Virus record (IMG/VR): IMGVR_UViG_3300037466_002980 | Location: 64,001 to 128,000 of that record | DNA: 64,000 nucleotides | Origin: a virus | Lineage: Duplodnaviria; Heunggongvirae; Uroviricota; Caudoviricetes | Strand: one strand, 5' to 3' | Part shown: piece by piece, positions 54,549-63,329 of the stretch | How the letters are laid out: each line of letters opens with the position of its first letter | Numbering within the stretch: position 1 is the stretch's first letter | Position numbers and translations under genes: made by a program | The notes under the pieces: generated by a model | The model's database searches: none | What the model was told of the DNA's origin: nothing | Seen by the model: the letters and a program-made list of their open reading frames with translations, nothing else

Positions 54549-55181
54549 TTATAAAATCACATCAATAATATTTCTTATTTGATTATTTAGATCTTCAATG
54601 GATCCATTATTATCAATTTGATAATTAACTTCACTACCGACCCATGCCCATTCACTTAAATGGGCTTCCGAATAGGTTTTGGTCATAACCTCTTTGGCCA
54701 AAGAATTTCCTTGATTTGCTTTAATTGCAGTTTCATACCAGACAGGCAATGGACCCCTAGAAACCCTAACTAGAATACCATTTTGTTCTTTGATAAATTT
54801 TACTTCATTTGGAAAACGAACATCACTAATTACCACATGTTGATTAGGATTTTTTCTAATTCGATTTTCTAATGTTAAAAACCAAATATCGGGATTAAAG
54901 TTATTTCTTAATGCATCAGTGCCAATTAATTGCAAAGCCAATCTCGGAGTAAAATTAGGAATATTCAATTTTGACGACCACCATGGATCTACAATTTCTC
55001 TCCATTCTCTGGATTCGTCTGTATCGCCTTCGAGCATGTTTCTTGGCCAATCGAACATAACTGCACAAGCATCTTTCAAACTTGTTGCAAAGCTATCCTG
55101 CCTAAAACCATAATCCCTAACTAAATTGGTTGCAACGGTTCCTTTGCCACTATTAATAAATCCAAGTATTCCAACAATCAT
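54549..55181 (-). CDS. Deoxynucleoside monophosphate kinase (gp1-like)
   Basis: GFINSGKGT, SFATSLKD, TPRLALQLIGT, ISDVRFPNE and HLSE. Confidence 0.92.
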   Translation of the reverse strand: MIVGILGFINSGKGTVATNLVRDYGFRQDSFATSLKDACAVMFDWPRNMLEGDTDESREWREIVDPWWSSKLNIPNFTPRLALQLIGTDALRNNFNPDIWFLTLENRIRKNPNQHVVISDVRFPNEVKFIKEQNGILVRVSRGPLPVWYETAIKANQGNSLAKEVMTKTYSEAHLSEWAWVGSEVNYQIDNNGSIEDLNNQIRNIIDVIL

Positions 55182-55241
55182 AAGAAAGCCCCTAATGTTG
55201 TAGTAATTATCACTAGGGGCTTGAATTATATGATTTTTTAA

Positions 55242-55994
55242 TTAACCAATAACAAATCCGTATCCGTCTCCGCTTGTAACTAGATTCAACAATTCTAATT
55301 CTAGTTTATCAATTTCTGTTTGAGCTTCTTGTTTTAAAGTTGCTCCATTTAATTGAACTGTTCCGGTGGGTCCAGGAAATCCTCCTGGAAATTTATCTCT
55401 GGCTTCACCTAAATAATATTTTGCTTTGGCAGTAGCATAAGAAAATAACCATGGGGAAGTATAAGGATCTGAAATTAGATCATCATCTGATTTCTTCACA
55501 TATACACGTACATCAACATCCTCATCTGCTGTTGGCCTTCTAATTAAAGTAAGAAGGTGCATATTTGGATCCCATGTAAAATTATATTGACTAGCAAATA
55601 GACGTTCTGTTGTTTCTAAGAATTCATTATAAAAATCCCAGGTTGCTAATCCACCTGTTCTATTTGGTTGTAAAAGATAGATATTATAGAAAGCAGCGTC
55701 AACAGGATCAAAATTAATACCACCGTTTGTATATGCTCCTACACCACGACGATATAAACGTCTTACTTGTTGAACTTCTTCAGGTAAGGTATATTCTACA
55801 ACATCCCTTGTTACATGAAGGAAAATATCTTTTTCTAGAAGAGCACCATCAGATCTTTGTCTTAGTTTCTGAAGTCCAAAAGAAATAGCAAGTTCAATAT
55901 GTTCAGAATCCAATTCAATATCAGTCATTTGGTCACCGAGTGCTAATCGGATTCCTCTGGCTAATTCTAGCCTTGGTGTTGATTGTGAAGACAT
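55242..55994 (-). CDS. Neck protein (gp13-like)
   Basis: LG...DIELD and A.AK..LGEAR.KF...PGP.G...LNG..L..EA..E. Start moved to ATG 55994, downstream of the late motif at 56019-56026. Confidence 0.8.
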   Translation of the reverse strand: MSSQSTPRLELARGIRLALGDQMTDIELDSEHIELAISFGLQKLRQRSDGALLEKDIFLHVTRDVVEYTLPEEVQQVRRLYRRGVGAYTNGGINFDPVDAAFYNIYLLQPNRTGGLATWDFYNEFLETTERLFASQYNFTWDPNMHLLTLIRRPTADEDVDVRVYVKKSDDDLISDPYTSPWLFSYATAKAKYYLGEARDKFPGGFPGPTGTVQLNGATLKQEAQTEIDKLELELLNLVTSGDGYGFVIG

Positions 55995-56031
55995 AGTGTA
56001 TCTACTCCTAAGATACACTATTTATCAATTT

Positions 56032-56487
56032 TTAACTATCTAATGTTCCACGCTTCATCACCAAGGCATCATCTAATGCATTATGCACCTTAAGATTTCC
56101 TTGTTTATACAATTTATCGCTTACTTCACTGGGAACATATACAAGATAATAATTCTTGAGCAAATTCGGTGGCCACAGTGTATCTAACATTGGTTTTAAG
56201 AATGGAAAATCCCATCCCGGATTATCCATTGCCAACATACATTCTTCATTTCGTTCTTCAATCCATTTACACATTTCAGCGGCACATTTATACCATGACA
56301 TTTGATATTTTGCACCTTTTAAATATGGCAGAACATCAGTTTTAACAAACAAAGAACAATCGGAAATATTCCATGTATCAGTTAATTCAGCATAAAAATA
56401 GTTCTCATTCTCATCGACCAAAGCAATACTGATAAGCTTTGCACCTGGTCTGAGATCGGTAAATTCTGTATCTAAAAATAGCTTCAT
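56032..56487 (-). CDS. DEDDh 3'-5' exonuclease
   Basis: FLDTEFT, LISIALV and HNALDDA. Confidence 0.88.
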   Translation of the reverse strand: MKLFLDTEFTDLRPGAKLISIALVDENENYFYAELTDTWNISDCSLFVKTDVLPYLKGAKYQMSWYKCAAEMCKWIEERNEECMLAMDNPGWDFPFLKPMLDTLWPPNLLKNYYLVYVPSEVSDKLYKQGNLKVHNALDDALVMKRGTLDS

Positions 56488-56497
56488 GTTATCCTAT

Positions 56498-56701
56498 TTA
56501 TTTGTCTCTATATGCTGAATAGACATTAACGTCCCACCCATATGATTTAAAAAATTCATCAATCTTTTTCTCCACATGCGGAGAGAAAAATTTAAGTTTA
56601 CAACAATCAGAATATAATTCAGAAGATGCCCATATTTCTCTCATATCATTATAGGTAGGGCGTCGTAGAATTCTAAGAGTGTCTTCTTCGGTTTTTATCA
56701 T
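56498..56701 (-). CDS. Small hypothetical protein (tandem paralog)
   Basis: TEEDTLRILRRP...SYGW. Confidence 0.7.
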   Translation of the reverse strand: MIKTEEDTLRILRRPTYNDMREIWASSELYSDCCKLKFFSPHVEKKIDEFFKSYGWDVNVYSAYRDK

Positions 56702-56704
56702 TTT

Positions 56705-56902
56705 TTAAAAGTTACACCGAATAGAATTATTTGTATATTCTTCTACTGTCCATCCATAAGAATGAAATAAACGTCTGATTGCAATTTGCAAATCGGGATA
56801 ATTCGAAATTTTATCTTTATACTCTTCTGAATTTATCCAGATATTTTTCATTTCATGGTAGCTAGGTCGTCTTAAAATTCTAAGAGTGTCTTCTTCGGTC
56901 AT
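56705..56902 (-). CDS. Small hypothetical protein (tandem paralog)
   Basis: TEEDTLRILRRP...SYGW. Confidence 0.7.
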   Translation of the reverse strand: MTEEDTLRILRRPSYHEMKNIWINSEEYKDKISNYPDLQIAIRRLFHSYGWTVEEYTNNSIRCNF

Positions 56903-57132
56903 TTTAAAAATTCTAGTTTCGTTATTTGTATTTTTGGTATAGATATTACACCCGCTATGTGGCTCTTACCTATGCTCTGGGCAATTAAAAATCTTTCATC
57001 ATTATCATTAACGATATAACCTACCGTTTCGATTCGATTGGAACTATAATTTTCTATTTCGGATAATTGCACCCATCCGGATGATACCACACCCGAATCT
57101 ATCCAAGAAACTTTTACAATTTTATCTTTCAT
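56899..57132 (-). CDS. Small beta-barrel hypothetical protein
   Basis: VSWIDS...GW...TVGY...IP; start moved to ATG 57132 (ATGA overlap). Confidence 0.65.
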   Translation of the reverse strand: MKDKIVKVSWIDSGVVSSGWVQLSEIENYSSNRIETVGYIVNDNDERFLIAQSIGKSHIAGVISIPKIQITKLEFLK

Positions 57133-58268
57133 TTGTCGATCCTTAAAATCACACAATGTTCATTTAACTTTCCGTTTGCCGAAACATCAACAGTCGAAAG
57201 GTCTTTTAAAAATGTTCTAAGTTTTACCTTGCTTGCCTTCTTAAACTCTGCTAACGTCTCTGCAGGTTTACGTAGCGTTTTTTCTTTAGAATCTTGCGAA
57301 TAATTCTCTAATCCTGTGCCCTTAACAGCAAGGCCACGTTCGTCAATTGCTTTGTAATGTGCTAATTTTCTAGTCTTGGTGTTATAGATCCAGAGTTCCT
57401 TAGAACCTAAAATTTGAACTGGATTTTGACTAACAATACCTAACGTTGGATCTTCTTTCTTATATTTTAGTTTTGATACTAATTTTTCTTGCGATACAGG
57501 TTTTTTCTTTCTTGGTGTTCTATTTGCCTTAGCCACCTCCTGAAGCATATCACATGCAGAACTAAAATTATCAAACATAGAATTTAATTTCTTAAAATCC
57601 GATCTTCCAACTCTAGGATAACATTCTAATAATTCTTTATCTTTTGTTTCAGATAAAAATTTAAAGTTTTCAATCCTTTTAGATAACGCATTTCTTAAAA
57701 AATTCATATGAACAGATTTTAAATCATTAGTTTTGAATAATGCAACAAAATCATCTATTGTTTTAGTCGGATGTTCCTTAATAATAAAAAAATCATCCAC
57801 CCAACCTTCGATTTCTCCAGCAACTTCCCTAGCCTTTTCCCTAAGTCTATCTTGAATTGTAATTTTGAATGTTTCTTCTTTTTCTTCTTTTTCTTCAATC
57901 AAGGAGATATTTTTAACAACTCGTTGTTCCTCTTCCTCGATAATCTTTTCAAGTGATTCAATTAATTTCTCGTTTACATTATCAGGCAATTCTCCACCAT
58001 GATTTAAAATGAAAAAATATTTTCCAATTGTAATGAATCTATTTTCATTTAAATCTTTTATCCTATCTAAAAGAGGATCTTTAGCATTCTTAGTTTTTAG
58101 ATATTTAATAACCTCTTTCTTCAATTCTGAAGATTTCATTTCATAATGTGCATACATCAATGCGGCATTATAATTAGATGTATAATTCTTATGTTCCTTC
58201 TTTAAAATAGAAAAATCTGGTTTAGCCCAGCCGAAAAATACAGCCGCAGGTTTATTCTTAGATCCCAT
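57129..58268 (-). CDS. Hypothetical protein
   Basis: 379 aa; LWIYNTKTRKL, KTLRKP and NGKLN. Confidence 0.75.
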   Translation of the reverse strand: MGSKNKPAAVFFGWAKPDFSILKKEHKNYTSNYNAALMYAHYEMKSSELKKEVIKYLKTKNAKDPLLDRIKDLNENRFITIGKYFFILNHGGELPDNVNEKLIESLEKIIEEEEQRVVKNISLIEEKEEKEETFKITIQDRLREKAREVAGEIEGWVDDFFIIKEHPTKTIDDFVALFKTNDLKSVHMNFLRNALSKRIENFKFLSETKDKELLECYPRVGRSDFKKLNSMFDNFSSACDMLQEVAKANRTPRKKKPVSQEKLVSKLKYKKEDPTLGIVSQNPVQILGSKELWIYNTKTRKLAHYKAIDERGLAVKGTGLENYSQDSKEKTLRKPAETLAEFKKASKVKLRTFLKDLSTVDVSANGKLNEHCVILRIDK

Positions 58269-58335
58269 ACCTATCCCTTTTTGTAATACTTTTTTATTTT
58301 AGTTGTTACAAATCGAACAATGCAAGATTCTTGGT

Positions 58336-58506
58336 TTAATCTTCGTTTCTATTCTTGTTCTTATGCTTCTCTTTACGAGAATATTTCTTTGTTTCGTGAG
58401 AACCTGCACCAGAATGTTGGGCATTCTTAGCAACAAAATTTCTAGCAGGAGGTGATTTTACAATCTTCTTACTAGATTTATTTTCAAAAAGTTCTATTAA
58501 TTTCAT
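58336..58506 (-). CDS. Small basic protein
   Basis: Start moved to MKLIELFE; RNFVAK...GAGSH...KYSRKEKHK. Confidence 0.65.
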   Translation of the reverse strand: MKLIELFENKSSKKIVKSPPARNFVAKNAQHSGAGSHETKKYSRKEKHKNKNRNED

Positions 58507-58510
58507 AGTT

Positions 58511-58591
58511 AAAAAATATGGGAGGCGGTAGCGAATGCCTCCCATAGACGCCTTTCGACGTAACCCACAATGGTCCTAAGGGGGTTATCAA
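58511..58591 (-). ncRNA. Candidate ~75-nt structured late RNA ending in an intrinsic terminator
   Basis: GATAAATA (58592-58599), then three hairpins, the last TATGGGAGGC-10 nt-GCCTCCCATA-T6. Confidence 0.4.
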
Positions 58592-58594
58592 TAT

Positions 58595-58981
58595 TTATCG
58601 ATCTTTCTTAAAATGTAGATAATTTGTAAGAATTGATCGAATATTTTCTGCCCCAACTGGATTTTTACTATGAACTGAAAAATTAAAATCCTTAGGCATC
58701 GTTTGATTATTCATATCTTGTTCTATTAACCATTTAGCGAAATCGTAGCCAGAAGGATCTTTACTTTCTTCTGTCATCACGATAATACCATGTTCATTGG
58801 TATCATAAATATCAAATCCCAAATCATGGTCGAAACTAATAAAATTAGGAAACCCATTTTGATTTACCCAATTTACAGCTTCCTTATAGGATCGGACAAT
58901 TTCCCAATTGACATTATGTGGAATTTTAACCCACGTAACATCATGTGGAACCCTAACATCGTCTAAAAAAAGATATTTCAT
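58595..58981 (-). CDS. Stand-alone receiver-like protein (cyclic-phosphate-processing Rec family)
   Basis: LFLDDVR.P, VRSY, ISFDHDLG, SGYD and HSKNPVG. Confidence 0.8.
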   Translation of the reverse strand: MKYLFLDDVRVPHDVTWVKIPHNVNWEIVRSYKEAVNWVNQNGFPNFISFDHDLGFDIYDTNEHGIIVMTEESKDPSGYDFAKWLIEQDMNNQTMPKDFNFSVHSKNPVGAENIRSILTNYLHFKKDR

Positions 58982-58984
58982 ATC

Positions 58985-59024
58985 AAAAAAAAAATGGTAG
59001 CAAGACTTTTACATCTTGCTACCA
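58985..59024 (-). terminator. Strong intrinsic terminator
   Basis: TGGTAGCAAGA-8 nt-TCTTGCTACCA followed by T10. Confidence 0.9.
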
Positions 59025-59235
59025 CCGAGTATATACTGGATTCCCCTGCAATGTCAAATTGCCCCAGTTCCCCCACCTATATAAAAGGTGCCACCGCGGT
59101 TACATTTCCATGATAGTAGAAAGTGCCGCGCCATGGGTTTTTAGCAGCATGTTGCCCGTTAACAGACATTTTTCACATAGGCCCCAAAACCCCACCATAG
59201 GTTCTCAACCGGCCCTATCAGGCCATATACTCAGC
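59025..59235 (-). ncRNA. Candidate multi-stem non-coding RNA
   Basis: GC-enriched intergenic stretch closed by GAGTATAT/ATATACTC pairing, with several internal stems, directly followed by the terminator. Confidence 0.55.
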
Positions 59236-59273
59236 AAACATCAACACACACCTCTTTTATTGTTCAACACACA

Positions 59274-60194
59274 TTAGACAGTACCGTGAGGAACCATCTT
59301 CAATCTAGCTTTCTTTTGTCTATCGTTCTTTTCAAGTTGCTTTTGAGCTTCTTCAAAGGTCATACCCTGGTATTCAAGTTGGTTATTGCTAACCCGAACC
59401 AAATCATACAAATTATCGGACGATGTATTGGTATCGACTGGTGCCGGAGAAACGTCTTGAACTGCCTTTGTAAAGGCTTCTGCCGGATCTCCATTAACCT
59501 GTCCAACTACCGTATATTTGCAACAACGACCTTTTGCACCATCATAATCCTTCGGAATACTAACTACATCAGCAGGATTAATTTTCAAAATCATAACAGG
59601 CTCATCTTGAGAACCGAAATGATTCAAATAAGTTTCGCTGCAAAAATGCAATCCTGCAGAACAATATGAATCGGGATTATCGTCAACTAAATTTCGTGAC
59701 ATAGAAACAGTTTGCCCAACACTATTATCATATGTGCCACTATGAATATCTTTATAATCCTTACGAACTCTCTTATAGGCCAAGAAATGTCCATCGCTTG
59801 TAATAGGCAATTTATTCTTTTCAAGGAATCCATACATTTGATCAACTGATCTCTTCGAAGGATTTTCCATAAGGTTTTCCATGAAACGAACCATCGGATC
59901 AATAGGAAAACCATCTTGATACATTTCAATCATTCGTTGAGCAAGCGAGTTATGGAACTCAACACCCTTCCACATAACCTTATTACCAACAATTGAAACA
60001 AAACCTTGTCCAAAATTAACAAGAGCTTTCTTAGGTTCAACTAGATCACGCAAAGTGTCCCAATCTTGATTCTTTAATGCTTCAAGAATCTTCACATAAG
60101 AAATATGTGTATCTTTATTAATGGTATGACTCTTATTGTCTACCACAAGGATAATATTCTTACCTTGAATAAGATACGGAACGGGTTCAGTCAT
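59274..60194 (-). CDS. rIIB: rIIB-like protein
   Basis: PITSDGHFLAYKRV, MSRNLVDDNP...CSAGLH, INPADVVSIP.DY and KGRCCKY; start moved to ATG 60194. Confidence 0.9.
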   Translation of the reverse strand: MTEPVPYLIQGKNIILVVDNKSHTINKDTHISYVKILEALKNQDWDTLRDLVEPKKALVNFGQGFVSIVGNKVMWKGVEFHNSLAQRMIEMYQDGFPIDPMVRFMENLMENPSKRSVDQMYGFLEKNKLPITSDGHFLAYKRVRKDYKDIHSGTYDNSVGQTVSMSRNLVDDNPDSYCSAGLHFCSETYLNHFGSQDEPVMILKINPADVVSIPKDYDGAKGRCCKYTVVGQVNGDPAEAFTKAVQDVSPAPVDTNTSSDNLYDLVRVSNNQLEYQGMTFEEAQKQLEKNDRQKKARLKMVPHGTV

Positions 60195-62334
60195 TTTGTT
60201 TCTCCTGTTTATCAATTAGGTTGATGTAATCTACCATTTTTATATCCGGTGCACCAGTTATATATTCAATCATTGGATATCTGGTCTTAATTTTTGATGC
60301 AGCATTCTTTAATTTTTCTCTCACATCGCCAATTACAATTTGATTTCCAAATCTTTTACAAATAGTAAGTAATACTCCAGATTTAATGTTTTTCTCTATT
60401 TTCTTCTTCTTAAAAATCTTAGATTGCTCCAAAAATGGAGAATCTATCGATAACTTTGTAATTGATGTTGATTCAACTATAGCTTTAACGTTATTATAAA
60501 ACTTATCATATGTACTGTCAATATTTTCTGAAATCATCATTTGTTCTATATAATCCGAAGAAATCTTTGAAACAATTTCTTTCGCTTTAGTTTCAAAGGG
60601 GATCCAATTCGGAAGATCTTTAATCTCTTTTATCTTACCTTTACGAACACCCCAAATTTGAATTTCAGACAACTCCTTATAACCACTGGAATCAAGATCA
60701 GCCTTGATCCCAAATACATCCATAGAACTACCGTCTAGATATGATGCTTCGAAATTACTTAATTCGATATAATAATAAATAGTCTTATCATCGATAACAA
60801 AATTATCAATGGTCCAGGTATAATCTTCCCGATTAATATATCGAGAAGTTCCTTTTCTATCTAATTTAAGAATTCCATTAGCAGTAGGTGTCTTTTTCTT
60901 GGGTTCAGGTTTTTCTAACGAAGAAGCTTTCACAATCACCGGAGGATTATGAAGTTCCTTTAGGAAGGAATTAACACATCTTTCTTGATCTTCTGGTAAG
61001 GTAGCAGTGCTGGAAATACAATAAATATTTCCTCTAAAATCAGTCATCTGTTGATAATGATATTTGGCTCTATTTCCACAACCAGTTTTTAAATCATTGA
61101 TGACAAAAACCGTTGGCAATTGAACTTGTATGGAACGATACATAATATTCGTTCCTTTCTGCCAATCGTGTTCTTTATCCATTGTAAGATTATACGATTG
61201 GTGCGGGGAAACATACAATCCGGTAATTTCCAGGCCACGCTTCTCAAGTTCCTCTTTAGAGAACTTAAAAATCTTCTGGCCGTGATATTTTGTAATATCG
61301 ATTAATTCAAATTTGGTATTTGTAACATAGGCGGTAACCGCTGCCGACCACAAATGAGAACCGTATCGTACCGAAAGAAATTCTGCACGAGCCCATTCAT
61401 TTTGAATTTTATCAGCTTCGTTTGCCAATACAGAAACAAGATTGTTATTAATTGCTTCAAGCTTCGTTTTGATATTATTAATAGTCAGTGGAACATAACT
61501 AAGTTCTTCTCTAGAAGCTGCAAAGTCCAATTCACCGATATTGAATTCTATAACCAATCCGCAGTCTAAAAGTTTTTCTAAATTCCCGAAATGTTTCTTA
61601 GCTTCGGGAACATTCAAGAGATAGCAGATATTACCCATAATTGCATAGGAGTCATATCCATCGATTGAGTGGACACCGGGAACAATATCTCGATCCCGAT
61701 ATTTAACATCTTTAATCTCGATAATTTTTCCAGTAATTTTTGGTCTTAATTTAAACCACTGAAAAACCTCCTGAGCATAGTGCTCAAAAGAATGATAATC
61801 ATATTGATTTACTACACTAAATTTAACTTCTACACCATTTTCCTCATCGGTATCGGTTTCACTCATTCTGGCAACCGACGGAACACCATTTTGGTTAATG
61901 AAAGCAGTATAAATTCTTTTCTTACCGTCCTTAACAGCAGTAACGGTAAAATTTTCAGTGTAACTAAAGGGGGACTTAGAACCCAAACCAAGTGCTCCAA
62001 TAAAATCATTGGAATTTGTTTTGGTAGATTCAAAATAAGTGGTATAAATGTTTGTAACCTGATCGTGATCAAGACCAATACCAAAATCACGAACGGAGAA
62101 CCAAGGCTCTAATACAAAAGGAAGATGAACTTCAAAAGGAACATCACCTTTTCCTGCAGCAACATGACTATCAACTGCATTACAAGATAATTCACGAATG
62201 ATAGCTTTAATCTTATTAGAATAAAGTCCATCTGATAGAATCTTGAATGCTTTTGCAGAATTTCTAATACGAAATTCGCCAACATTAGAAACATTATTTA
62301 ATGTAACTTCCTGTGTATCGACTTCAAGCTTCAT
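60187..62334 (-). CDS. rIIA: rIIA-like protein with GHKL ATPase N-terminus
   Basis: LYSNK..AIIRELSCNAVDSH, VRDFGIG, GALGLGSKSPFSY and SREELSY; adjacent to rIIB. Confidence 0.92.
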   Translation of the reverse strand: MKLEVDTQEVTLNNVSNVGEFRIRNSAKAFKILSDGLYSNKIKAIIRELSCNAVDSHVAAGKGDVPFEVHLPFVLEPWFSVRDFGIGLDHDQVTNIYTTYFESTKTNSNDFIGALGLGSKSPFSYTENFTVTAVKDGKKRIYTAFINQNGVPSVARMSETDTDEENGVEVKFSVVNQYDYHSFEHYAQEVFQWFKLRPKITGKIIEIKDVKYRDRDIVPGVHSIDGYDSYAIMGNICYLLNVPEAKKHFGNLEKLLDCGLVIEFNIGELDFAASREELSYVPLTINNIKTKLEAINNNLVSVLANEADKIQNEWARAEFLSVRYGSHLWSAAVTAYVTNTKFELIDITKYHGQKIFKFSKEELEKRGLEITGLYVSPHQSYNLTMDKEHDWQKGTNIMYRSIQVQLPTVFVINDLKTGCGNRAKYHYQQMTDFRGNIYCISSTATLPEDQERCVNSFLKELHNPPVIVKASSLEKPEPKKKTPTANGILKLDRKGTSRYINREDYTWTIDNFVIDDKTIYYYIELSNFEASYLDGSSMDVFGIKADLDSSGYKELSEIQIWGVRKGKIKEIKDLPNWIPFETKAKEIVSKISSDYIEQMMISENIDSTYDKFYNNVKAIVESTSITKLSIDSPFLEQSKIFKKKKIEKNIKSGVLLTICKRFGNQIVIGDVREKLKNAASKIKTRYPMIEYITGAPDIKMVDYINLIDKQEKQND

Positions 62335-62361
62335 TTTACATTTTGTCCTGTTAATGACGCA

Positions 62362-62390
62362 ATTATATATACATCGCTAATTTGCGTCAA
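62362..62390 (-). promoter_or_regulatory. sigma70-like promoter for rIIA
   Basis: TTGACG-17 nt-TATAAT. Confidence 0.8.
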
Positions 62391-62399
62391 GGTACGATT

Positions 62400-63227
62400 T
62401 TAAAAATCCTCCCAGATATCATACGCGCGAGAATATTTTCCTTTAATATTTCTTACAGTATTGTAATGTATTCCATATTTTTCCGCTATTTCTGAATTAG
62501 TTCCTTCTTCATTGAATATTTCTTCTATCATATCCCTTGTTAATCCATACCTCTTTACCTGCCCTGGTGTTCCGAGTTTTGAGGTTATTTTTTTAAATGA
62601 TTTTTTATTTTTAATACTCTTAACCACAATTGGTGTTATCTTATATTTTTCCCAAAAATAAGAATAATCTCCCGAATCATAAAAGACTTCTTTAATTAAA
62701 TCTATCGGTAATGGAAATCCACCTCCCTTCTTAAATAAATCTTCATCTGAACATCCTGGTAATTCTTTTATATCTTTAGTAATATTTGTATAATAAATCT
62801 TCCTTTTGATTGTGATAATATTATATCTTGTGACATTATATTTTTTAGAGAGATTATCGATTGTATCATTTGAATGATAAATTTCTAATACCTGATTATT
62901 TGTAAATTTAGAACTTGGATTATTTTCTCCAGAAATTGAATGGGAATATCTTTTTCTTAACCAACCATACCATTTATTCCTTAAATTTTTGGAACTACCG
63001 GTACACATTCTCTGAACCGCTATAATCAACCCTCTGTGCCCGGGATACATTTTTACCAATAACTGGTGTGCAACAAAATGTTCCTCTGGTGTTAATTCAA
63101 CAATATTTAAAGGGCTATCGGATCCTCCTAAACATTTTGGAATTATATGATGTTTTACTTTATAACCTTCGATTTTTCTACTTTTTGCCCTCTCAGTTAA
63201 TGTTTCATAATGTTTAAAATAATTCAT
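62400..63227 (-). CDS. Free-standing HNH homing endonuclease with C-terminal HTH-like repeats
   Basis: HHIIPKCLGG...N.V.LTPEEHFVAH.LL and three A/S/W-x-KY-x-(I/V) HTH-like units. Confidence 0.88.
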   Translation of the reverse strand: MNYFKHYETLTERAKSRKIEGYKVKHHIIPKCLGGSDSPLNIVELTPEEHFVAHQLLVKMYPGHRGLIIAVQRMCTGSSKNLRNKWYGWLRKRYSHSISGENNPSSKFTNNQVLEIYHSNDTIDNLSKKYNVTRYNIITIKRKIYYTNITKDIKELPGCSDEDLFKKGGGFPLPIDLIKEVFYDSGDYSYFWEKYKITPIVVKSIKNKKSFKKITSKLGTPGQVKRYGLTRDMIEEIFNEEGTNSEIAEKYGIHYNTVRNIKGKYSRAYDIWEDF

Positions 63228-63329
63228 ATTTTACGTCCTATTAAGAATGTTTCCTTGTATATTTATATCTAAATAGATAAATATTCTTATAAATTCATAA
63301 GGGATATTTTATATCCGCAGGAGGTCATT

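Noticed and set aside
59059-59277. 72-aa plus-strand ORF over the ncRNA candidate
   Set aside because: TTG start, no RBS, atypical composition and opposite to local transcription. Minus-strand RNA structure explains the region better.
794-62294. Many short ORFs in the track that are antisense or out of frame within longer genes
   Set aside because: They lie inside well-supported genes, lack RBS or recognisable motifs, and read as shadow frames.
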